Made by a program: the position numbers and the translations under genes. Positions 8,811-15,706 of a stretch of 64,000 bases of DNA are shown piece by piece (the first letter of the stretch is position 1; every line of letters begins with the position of its first letter). The notes beneath the pieces were generated by a model. The model saw only the letters and a program-made list of their open reading frames with translations. It searched no databases and was not told where the DNA came from. The stretch lies in the sequence record MF498774.1. The stretch is one strand, 5' to 3'.

Positions 8811-9800
8811 ATGGGTAGTTTTAATACTGTTTGTTCTGTTAGTCGTCAAATCGTTCAAGGTGGTGATAAAGTTCGCTTGATCCCAGTTGCTGGTAAACAC
8901 TGTATTAGTTCTTTCCCACTTACTGCGGTGTATGACGATTATGGTGAGTTTGACATTGATGATAATCTTGCGTTAGAATGCTTAATGAAAAACGTATCCA
9001 TGTTTAACGATGGTGTCTCTAAAGAGAACTTAGCCCATGGATTTTATCCATACGATGAAAATCGTTGGACAATCCCAGACCTATGGAGCAAAACAAAATA
9101 CGAGACTTCTTTTATTGTAGTAAAGTCTGATGTATACGATCTTGTTTCGGAGTTTGGTATTACTTGTTGGTGGGAGAAACCTGTATACGACGTTTCTGAT
9201 GCAGATGACTGGCTACCGGTAACACCGGAACGAGTCGCTAGACATCTTAAAACTCTCCAAGAAAGACTGAAAGAGTTGATCGAAGATAGCGAAGATCCAG
9301 AAGATGATATCCTTGTGAATCATGTTAAGATGATGGTTGATAATGTTCATATTGGTAATGCAAAACATTATGAACTTAGCAGATTGATGAAAACTCAAGA
9401 TCAGATTAATGATTATGCCCATCACGACGATACAACTTATGCAATTTTCAAAAATATTGAAGAATTTGCAAAATTAGAAAATTTTTATGCCGGTTGTAAT
9501 AACTTGGATATTGTGTTAACATCGCAGGAATATGGTCGTCAGACATGCAAACAGTTTGAAAAGGTTCGTATGATGACAAAAATCCAGATTACTGGATTTA
9601 ACCAAACAGAAAAAATTCAGTTGACTCCGGTTGAGTGGGATGTTAAGATTCCTTACTCTATGGTTATGGAATCAACTAAACCCAATTGGTCAAATGAAGT
9701 TGATTTGATTCGAGTTGGTAACTGTCTTGAAATTACGGACTCTAAATACAATGAGTTCAAAGAGTATAAACATGATGATGTCTATCTGAGTGAGAAATGA
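8811..9800 (+). CDS. Hypothetical phage protein
   Basis: Long ORF; likely start MGSFNTVCSVS at 8811. Confidence 0.75.
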   Translation: MGSFNTVCSVSRQIVQGGDKVRLIPVAGKHCISSFPLTAVYDDYGEFDIDDNLALECLMKNVSMFNDGVSKENLAHGFYPYDENRWTIPDLWSKTKYETSFIVVKSDVYDLVSEFGITCWWEKPVYDVSDADDWLPVTPERVARHLKTLQERLKELIEDSEDPEDDILVNHVKMMVDNVHIGNAKHYELSRLMKTQDQINDYAHHDDTTYAIFKNIEEFAKLENFYAGCNNLDIVLTSQEYGRQTCKQFEKVRMMTKIQITGFNQTEKIQLTPVEWDVKIPYSMVMESTKPNWSNEVDLIRVGNCLEITDSKYNEFKEYKHDDVYLSEK

Positions 9801-10050
9801 TATGAATTTTTTAGAATCAGAAAAAGTAACTTGGGGTGGAAGAATATACCCGCTAGATATAGCAAACCAAATATGTTCTGTTCAGCCTATAGACCCTGAG
9901 CCATTTCGAAAACTATATGAGCGGGCTAAAGAGAACGAACGTATTAAGAATCGGCTTTCTAAAGCTTTTATGGTCCCTGTATCAAGGATCGACGCATACT
10001 GTGTAGAAGCATATCGACTTGGTATAAAAGAAAGTAAAAATAAAAGTTAA
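9790..10050 (+). CDS. Hypothetical protein
   Basis: ORF overlapping the upstream stop. Confidence 0.55.
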   Translation: MRNDMNFLESEKVTWGGRIYPLDIANQICSVQPIDPEPFRKLYERAKENERIKNRLSKAFMVPVSRIDAYCVEAYRLGIKESKNKS

Positions 10051-10087
10051 ACATACTTTCTAACTGTGATATGATGTTTATATAAAT
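10039..10087 (+). promoter_or_regulatory. Sigma70-type promoter for tRNA-Leu(TAA)
   Basis: GTTAAACA...TGATATGAT; near-identical copy at 11198-11246. Confidence 0.75.
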
Positions 10088-10089
10088 GA

Positions 10090-10182
10090 GCGTGAGTGGC
10101 GAAGTTGGTTGAAACGCATCGGACTTAAAATCCGATACTGCATAATGGCACATCGTGGGTTCGATTCCCACCTCACGTACCA
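10090..10182 (+). tRNA. tRNA-Leu(TAA)
   Basis: Cloverleaf, TCGGA-CTTAAAA-TCCGA anticodon arm, long variable arm, GTTCGATT, encoded CCA. Confidence 0.95.
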
Positions 10183-10417
10183 AATACGAGATGATAAACT
10201 CAAATTACTTTTGTTGAATGAGCTTTTTGGACGTTATGTGAGTTTATCATCTCTCAAATTCAATATGAGATGCTTAATATGAACGTATACATCAGAAATT
10301 ACATGTGTGGAGTCCTTTGGGGTAGTATCTTCAACGAAGAACACTGTAAAGGTAAATGTGTAAAGATTATGCGCGGTAAACATTTGAAGCCTTTCTATCA
10401 AAAATCGAGATATTAAA

Positions 10418-10807
10418 ATGAAAGTGAAGCTTGGGGCTTACAACCTTAATGAAAAAAGTTCTTTGGTTAATACGAACGGATTAAAATTCATTTTGAATGA
10501 ACAAGTTATAGATGAATTTTCTAAAAAACTACCTGTTCTAATCAATTTTGGTCAAAAATGTTTTAACATTGATAATGCTAAAGATACTCCGGATCCGGTT
10601 GGTATTCTTAATTCCATAGAAACTTACAAGAAAGATAATATCATTATTGTTACTGGTGATGTAGAAATAACCAATGACAAAGTATATGATGTTCATGGGT
10701 GCCTTCCTTCTTTTTGTGTCCGATCTTTAGCTATTCGTAACGGTGATACTTACAAAGTTGGAGAAATTATTGCATGGGATATGGAAATATATGAAGGTTT
10801 ATCATGA
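10418..10807 (+). CDS. Hypothetical protein
   Basis: ORF track. Confidence 0.65.
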   Translation: MKVKLGAYNLNEKSSLVNTNGLKFILNEQVIDEFSKKLPVLINFGQKCFNIDNAKDTPDPVGILNSIETYKKDNIIIVTGDVEITNDKVYDVHGCLPSFCVRSLAIRNGDTYKVGEIIAWDMEIYEGLS

Positions 10808-11202
10808 ATAAACATGATATTCATCTCATTGGTATTAGTAAGTTTATCAAGAAAGGTCTTACTGTGGTTCAATCAAGTTTGATCTTCAAACAAACCAGTG
10901 AAGAATGGAAAAATATCCATGGTGTTGATGTAGACAAGATTTATTGCTATATTAACAACGAGGGAAAGGATATCTACGCAATTGGTAGACTTAGATCCTG
11001 TTGCGGACCTTGGTTGAGTGTTAGTTGTCGGTCTCTCCGTAAAAAAGGTTATATAGCATTTGACTTTAACGATGAAATTGAGATACCATATGGTTCAGGG
11101 ATGAAAACTGCTTATAGGGTATTGTTTTCTGACACCCCTAAATACGAGTATGATGAAGAAGCTAGACATCCAGTCGCTTACTTCGAAAAATACTTCAAAT
11201 AA
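10804..11202 (+). CDS. Hypothetical protein
   Basis: ORF track; ATGA overlap with the upstream gene. Confidence 0.7.
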   Translation: MNKHDIHLIGISKFIKKGLTVVQSSLIFKQTSEEWKNIHGVDVDKIYCYINNEGKDIYAIGRLRSCCGPWLSVSCRSLRKKGYIAFDFNDEIEIPYGSGMKTAYRVLFSDTPKYEYDEEARHPVAYFEKYFK

Positions 11203-11246
11203 AAGTTAAACATCCTTTCTAACTGTGATATGATGTTTATATAAAT
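11198..11246 (+). promoter_or_regulatory. Sigma70-type promoter for the main tRNA run
   Basis: One mismatch versus 10039-10087; ends 2 nt before tRNA-Arg. Confidence 0.75.
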
Positions 11247-11247
11247 T

Positions 11248-11324
11248 GCGCTGTTAGCTCAGTTGGATAGAGCAACGTTCTTCTAAAGCGTGGGTCACTG
11301 GTTCGAATCCAGTACGGCGCACCA
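11248..11324 (+). tRNA. tRNA-Arg(TCT)
   Basis: Cloverleaf, loop CTTCTAA, encoded CCA. Confidence 0.95.
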
Positions 11325-11408
11325 CGGGATGTGGTGAAATTGGCAGACACACTAGATTTAGGTTCTAGCGCCATAGGCGTGACGGTTCGAGTCCGTCCAT
11401 CCCGACCA
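11325..11408 (+). tRNA. tRNA-Leu(TAG)
   Basis: CTAGA-TTTAGGT-TCTAG anticodon arm, encoded CCA. Confidence 0.95.
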
Positions 11409-11409
11409 A

Positions 11410-11485
11410 GCGGGTAAGGTGTTTATGGATACATGCAAGCCTTCCAAGTTTGAGTAGACCGGATCGTTACCGGCTACCCGCTCCA
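11410..11485 (+). tRNA. Atypical tRNA-Gly(TCC)
   Basis: 76-nt cloverleaf, loop CTTCCAA, encoded CCA; A8, U14, T-loop ATCGTTA. Confidence 0.85.
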
Positions 11486-11496
11486 AGATTTAAAAT

Positions 11497-11566
11497 TGAT
11501 GTGTTACAGCTATCAGCTCACCGTTGAAAGAATACGGATAAGTCGGCTCGACTAAAGAACATATCA
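11497..11566 (+). ncRNA. Candidate 70-nt four-way-junction RNA
   Basis: 9-bp closing stem plus three short arms, between two tRNAs. Confidence 0.5.
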
Positions 11567-11569
11567 TTT

Positions 11570-11646
11570 GGCCCCTTAGCTCAGTTGGTTAGAGCAACCG
11601 ACTCATAATCGGTTGGTCACTGGTTCGAGTCCAGTAGGGGCCACCA
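11570..11646 (+). tRNA. tRNA-Ile2(CAT), ileX-like
   Basis: GGCCCCT acceptor stem and body like enterobacterial ileX; loop CTCATAA. Confidence 0.9.
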
Positions 11647-11668
11647 AATTTTTGATGAGAGCTATATT

Positions 11669-11863
11669 ATGTCTGGTATAAAATCCATAATTGAAAATTG
11701 GTCAGTTGGTGATGGTATAATCCATTGGAAGAATGGACGCCATAGTTTAGTAGTCTTTGGGTTTGCTCCAAATGGAGAACCTGCCTTTAAGTTTAAAGGT
11801 AAGAGTAAACTTACATCAGTAAGACAGATCGAAAAATCCATAGTTAATGCATATATTCTATAG
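11669..11863 (+). CDS. Hypothetical protein within the tRNA island
   Basis: 64-aa ORF with SD. Confidence 0.55.
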   Translation: MSGIKSIIENWSVGDGIIHWKNGRHSLVVFGFAPNGEPAFKFKGKSKLTSVRQIEKSIVNAYIL

Positions 11864-12020
11864 TTGTAAGCTCTCACGAATTTAATGGTCGTTGACCTTA
11901 CGATAATAATGAAGCGATACAGAGTCCCATCGCTTCTAAAAATATCAAAAGGGATGTTGATGCGCGTATGTAGCCGGGTTATAATGACCAAGATTCATGA
12001 AGGGTGAAAGACCACCCTAA
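11864..12020 (+). ncRNA. Candidate structured RNA
   Basis: Consecutive hairpins, including GAAGCGAT/ATCGCTTC (11911-11936). Confidence 0.35.
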
Positions 12021-12027
12021 ATATCAT

Positions 12028-12105
12028 AGCGGGGTGGAGAAGTCAGGAGTTCTCGCCAGACTCATTATCTGGAAATCGGTGGTTCAAATCCACCTCCCGC
12101 TTCCA
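12028..12105 (+). tRNA. tRNA-Met(CAT), initiator-like body
   Basis: AGCGGGGTGGAG start like fMet; CCAGA-CTCATTA-TCTGG arm; encoded CCA; CCTAAATA at 12016-12023. Confidence 0.9.
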
Positions 12106-12106
12106 A

Positions 12107-12182
12107 TGGCGTGTAGTTCAGTAGGTAGAACAGCGGACTGTTAATCCGTATGTCGTGGGTTCGAATCCCACCTCGCCAGCCA
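12107..12182 (+). tRNA. tRNA-Asn(GTT)
   Basis: GCGGA-CTGTTAA-TCCGT arm, encoded CCA. Confidence 0.95.
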
Positions 12183-12188
12183 AATTCT

Positions 12189-12279
12189 GGATGTTCGGCT
12201 ACGATGGCGGTGTAGCGGCGGACTGTAAATCCGTTCCCTCTGGGTAAACAAGTTGGTTCGAATCCAACAGCATCCACCA
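12189..12279 (+). tRNA. tRNA-Tyr(GTA)
   Basis: GCGGA-CTGTAAA-TCCGT arm, long variable arm, encoded CCA. Confidence 0.93.
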
Positions 12280-12282
12280 AAT

Positions 12283-12430
12283 AGAAGAAGTTAGAAGACG
12301 TTCTGATAAAATCCTCGGAGACGATGCCCCCTTGCGGTTTTAAACCGTTACGGATAAGCACGGGGTAATCCAAATCAACCATTATAGGGATGTGGTCATC
12401 TGGTATGTAAAATACAGTTGGTTTGGAACT
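12283..12430 (+). ncRNA. Candidate structured RNA of about 150 nt
   Basis: 11-bp stem 12369-12379/12417-12427 plus nested stems; no + strand ORF. Confidence 0.45.
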
Positions 12431-12433
12431 TTT

Positions 12434-12509
12434 CGGTGATTAGCGCAGTTGGTAGCGCGTCTGGTTTGGGACCAGAGGGTCACAGGTTCGAGTCCTGTAT
12501 CACCGACCA
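12434..12509 (+). tRNA. tRNA-Pro(TGG)
   Basis: TCTGG-TTTGGGA-CCAGA arm, encoded CCA. Confidence 0.95.
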
Positions 12510-12787
12510 CTTAGCACAAAGAACGGGTAACGACGTATGCCCCGGAATAAGCCAGCCATAGAGAATCTGGATATCCTGAAACGTGCCTTTAGGTTTCAGG
12601 CGGGATTGGTAGTATAAAGACGATATGGTAACTACTCCTTGACAAGCAGGGTTGAACTTGAGGTAACTGTCCTTTACCAAACAACGAACAGATGGACAAA
12701 ATCAGTTGAACGTCCTTCCTCCTTGTGATAGCATGTCAACTACATTAGGATATAATCACAGTCTAACGATCCTGATTATAATCCGCT
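12510..12787 (+). ncRNA. Candidate structured RNA of about 280 nt
   Basis: Multiple 5-8 bp stems, possible pseudoknot, no + strand ORF, between two tRNAs. Confidence 0.55.
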
Positions 12788-12863
12788 GCCGAATTAGCTC
12801 ATCTGGTAGAGCACAGCCTTTGTAACGCTGGGGTGGTCCGTTCGAGTCGGACATTCGGCACCA
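12788..12863 (+). tRNA. tRNA-Thr(TGT)
   Basis: Cloverleaf, loop TTTGTAA, encoded CCA. Confidence 0.93.
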
Positions 12864-12869
12864 AATTTT

Positions 12870-13335
12870 GGATTCTCGTCAATAGTCCGGTCTATGAGAA
12901 TCGACGCTTTAAGTAGCCCACCGGTATTTGTAAAAAATCTAGTGAAAGCTAGAAAATAAAAACCGAACCCCGACCTCTCCCATTACTCAAATGGTGATGT
13001 AGGTTCCTTCCCTGTAATAAGGTTCTAGTCCGTGACGGGTAAAAGGTTACATAGGGAGTATTGCTTGTGAATGACCACTGATTCAAGCCATCACATAAGC
13101 TCGTCCGTTATGACGTTAAATATAAGGCTTAGATTCCCATAAGGGCCTAAGCGTAAAAGTAACGAGCAAGACCGTTTTGCAGGCGTAGCCCATTGGGGTG
13201 ATGATGTTTGTATGTTGGGCTCGGATAGCCAATGCTATTAAGTCCGGTGATGGTGCGACCGGATCGATTTACGGAACCACATCAACAAGTATGTGCCTTG
13301 GTGGTTCGACCTGCTTTGCAGCCGCACATGAAGCT
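12870..13335 (+). ncRNA. Candidate large multi-branched RNA of about 470 nt
   Basis: At least 10 nested helices found by hand, GAAA tetraloop, no ORF. Confidence 0.65.
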
Positions 13336-13337
13336 AA

Positions 13338-13682
13338 AACTTAAAAAGAGAGGTTGTATATGTCACCGCTAAACGCAAGCCGTTAGGACGTAAAGGTAAA
13401 AATAGTGTTTTTGTAAATGGTTATACCAATAGTGGTATTCCGGTTTTATGTAATATATTTTATCAGTTTGAAACAAATGGTATTCCGTTGGATATTCTGA
13501 TAGAGAAATTTTATAATTCCGGTTATATTATTGATTGGGTTTCTTTCGTTAATGATGCTTTCGAGATCGGATGGAAGAAAGAAACTGTAATAAAAAAGAT
13601 AAAGTATGCATTTGATGATATTGAGATAAATGATTCAAATGAAATACTAAACCGTGTGATTAAATACATAGAAAGCCTGTAA
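13338..13682 (+). CDS. Small protein resembling an alanyl-tRNA synthetase helical fragment; start codon unclear
   Basis: FYQFETNGIPLD resembles AlaRS F.LYDTYGFPLD; frame open from 13338 with no ATG. Confidence 0.55.
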   Translation, partial: NLKREVVYVTAKRKPLGRKGKNSVFVNGYTNSGIPVLCNIFYQFETNGIPLDILIEKFYNSGYIIDWVSFVNDAFEIGWKKETVIKKIKYAFDDIEINDSNEILNRVIKYIESL

Positions 13683-13692
13683 GGAATGATAT

Positions 13693-13944
13693 ATGGGTAA
13701 GACATTTCGTCGTAAAAATGAAAAACATCTGGACAGTTGGTATGGTGATGAACTTAAAGTGAATCGGGATCTGGGAGATAAATATCCTAGTTATCCAGAA
13801 TCGGGTGTCAAAGATCGTTATAATACATTGAGTCGTCAGCGAGATCGTAAATTGAAACATGATATCATGCACGGTAATCACGATGTTTTTGTTGATGATG
13901 ATTACGAAATGAAAAAGGCTAACGCCGGTTATCAATATAGTTAA
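13693..13944 (+). CDS. Basic hypothetical protein (MGKTFRR)
   Basis: ORF with SD. Confidence 0.75.
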   Translation: MGKTFRRKNEKHLDSWYGDELKVNRDLGDKYPSYPESGVKDRYNTLSRQRDRKLKHDIMHGNHDVFVDDDYEMKKANAGYQYS

Positions 13945-13947
13945 GAT

Positions 13948-14192
13948 TTTAAAGTGTACGCGCCCCAAGAGTGGCGCAGCGGCGTCAAACAATACGAGTC
14001 AAGGGTAAAGGTGATACCCTGTATTGTCACTAGACGAAAAGAGACCATATTGCCTCGATTATGGTCCCCGTTTTAAAGAGGGTGGTGTGACCTACCACTA
14101 TCACAAGGTTGTTGTCTGACACCAAAGACAACGTTCGGCAACGGGGACTTTATCTTGCTTTGACTGGCTTGATATAGTCCCCGTTTTTCTTT
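13948..14192 (+). ncRNA. Candidate structured RNA of about 245 nt ending in an intrinsic terminator
   Basis: Six hairpins, then a 10-bp stem AACGGGGACT/AGTCCCCGTT and a T tract. Confidence 0.55.
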
Positions 14193-14212
14193 TTATTAAC
14201 GGAGAATTTGAT

Positions 14213-14398
14213 ATGTTGACTGGAATTTTTATTGTGTATTTGATTGGTGTTCTGGTATTCATTACCGCATTTGTGATTACCGATCATCAAGACCGAGAAG
14301 AGGATAGTACCCCTACTTTTAAAGAAGTTATGGATTATCTTTCTGTATCAGCAATTTGGCCCGTTTTGATTGCTATGTCGATTATTCGTAGTCTTTAA
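14213..14398 (+). CDS. Small membrane protein
   Basis: Two hydrophobic helices. Confidence 0.7.
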   Translation: MLTGIFIVYLIGVLVFITAFVITDHQDREEDSTPTFKEVMDYLSVSAIWPVLIAMSIIRSL

Positions 14399-14437
14399 TC
14401 CCTAAATATGTTCATATCAACTATAGGAGAGTTTTAA

Positions 14438-14647
14438 ATGGCTAAGAATATTCATGAGAAAAGTCATGCCCGTGAGGGTCGTGGTGGTGCCAATGGTGGT
14501 AATGAAAAATGGTATAACTCCAAACTGTGGGAAAACGTAGAAGCCAAACAGGTTAGTCTGGATGCAAAGCCGGATGAACTGTTGAAAGAGAAAGAAGGTG
14601 AAGACCTTCGAGCAAAACAGCGTCGTATGTTCGCGATGGCTTATTAA
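14438..14647 (+). CDS. Late hypothetical protein
   Basis: CCTAAATA at 14401 and SD GGAG. Confidence 0.75.
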   Translation: MAKNIHEKSHAREGRGGANGGNEKWYNSKLWENVEAKQVSLDAKPDELLKEKEGEDLRAKQRRMFAMAY

Positions 14648-14675
14648 AATAAACTAATAAGAAGGTAAAACAGAT

Positions 14676-15230
14676 ATGATGATATCGCCAAACAGTTTCT
14701 TTAGAGACGAATATGTTAGTATGGTAAACAAAAAATTAAAATTATTTAAAAGTTCCGAATATCTAGACAGGAGTCGATTGATGATATCTCCTGATGCATT
14801 CCAACAAGAGTTGGGGACTATATGCTTGGATATGGGAAGACAAACAGGAAAAACATCTGCTGCTATTATGTTGTTAGAAGAACATAAAGACGCTTTGTAT
14901 GTTGTTCACAACCATCCTACTATCAGATCTATATTGTCGGTGGCACCACATTTAAAAGACCAAGTGTTGTCAATTAGCGACTTTGTTAATAGGTTTTATT
15001 CTCGTGGTACATACAATCATGTTATTCATGGAAGTAGGATTGAAAAATATAGTATGATCATTATTGATGAACCTTATTTCACATGTACCAATGGTCAGAG
15101 ACAATTCACTAATCGTAGTAGTTGTTCATATCACTTGGATGGTGGTAAACAAATAAATACCACATACGGTCTAATTAGTTATGCCGCATTCAGGATGGAA
15201 TCATTAATCGTTAAATTAGGAATGCAATGA
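14676..15230 (+). CDS. Small stand-alone P-loop NTPase with terminase-ATPase-like motifs
   Basis: Walker A GRQTGKT, Walker B IIIDE. Confidence 0.6.
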   Translation: MMISPNSFFRDEYVSMVNKKLKLFKSSEYLDRSRLMISPDAFQQELGTICLDMGRQTGKTSAAIMLLEEHKDALYVVHNHPTIRSILSVAPHLKDQVLSISDFVNRFYSRGTYNHVIHGSRIEKYSMIIIDEPYFTCTNGQRQFTNRSSCSYHLDGGKQINTTYGLISYAAFRMESLIVKLGMQ

Positions 15231-15628
15231 AAATAGCTTATAAATATGATATGAAACGAATCTCAGATAGAGTATCTAGATTTGTGACTCTTGGATTAAA
15301 GACGGTTGCAAAGATCCACTATCTCCATCTTACAACCAACAATTATGCGCTCCATATGGCACTTGATGAGTTCTATAAGGAATTCCCAGATGACTACCTA
15401 GATTCGGTTGCAGAGAGCGCCTTGGCTAACGACATCGAGTTGGTATACAATCACTTTGAAGTTGCGTCAGACGACGCTCTGGGTGTGTTACAGGGACTTT
15501 ACGACAACGGTTCTGAGTTGGCTGAGTTACTTGATGGAAAACCAGAGTTCAAAGGAACCCTAAACGCACTTGAGGATTCGTTGGAATTCATTAAGTTGGT
15601 GATCTACAAGGTAAAACGTTTCAAATAA
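15227..15628 (+). CDS. Ferritin/Dps-like four-helix protein
   Basis: HYLHLTT..YALHMALDEFY..LDSVAES pattern. Confidence 0.6.
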   Translation: MKIAYKYDMKRISDRVSRFVTLGLKTVAKIHYLHLTTNNYALHMALDEFYKEFPDDYLDSVAESALANDIELVYNHFEVASDDALGVLQGLYDNGSELAELLDGKPEFKGTLNALEDSLEFIKLVIYKVKRFK

Positions 15629-15706
15629 AAACATCCCCTGTCTATTGACGGGGGATTTTCGTTTGTGTATAGTGAAGAAACTATAAGAATAAAAAGGAAT
15701 ATAAAG

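Noticed and set aside
12300-12330. CTGATAA and TCCTCG resembling hammerhead or HDV/theta ribozyme cores
   Set aside because: The required flanking helices could not be formed, and the tRNAs already encode CCA.
9968-12680. - strand ORFs 9968-10183, 11662-11991, 12065-12382 and 12480-12680
   Set aside because: Reverse complements of tRNA genes and spacers.
12510-13335. tmRNA, RNase P RNA or group II intron as the identity of the large spacers
   Set aside because: No terminal T-arm/CCA or tag ORF, no GAGGAAAGTCC or CGGCTTA RNase P motifs, no domain V.
14168-14182. GATATAGTCC resembling the group I intron S element
   Set aside because: It is the 3' arm of the terminator stem; no matching R, P or Q elements and no interrupted gene.
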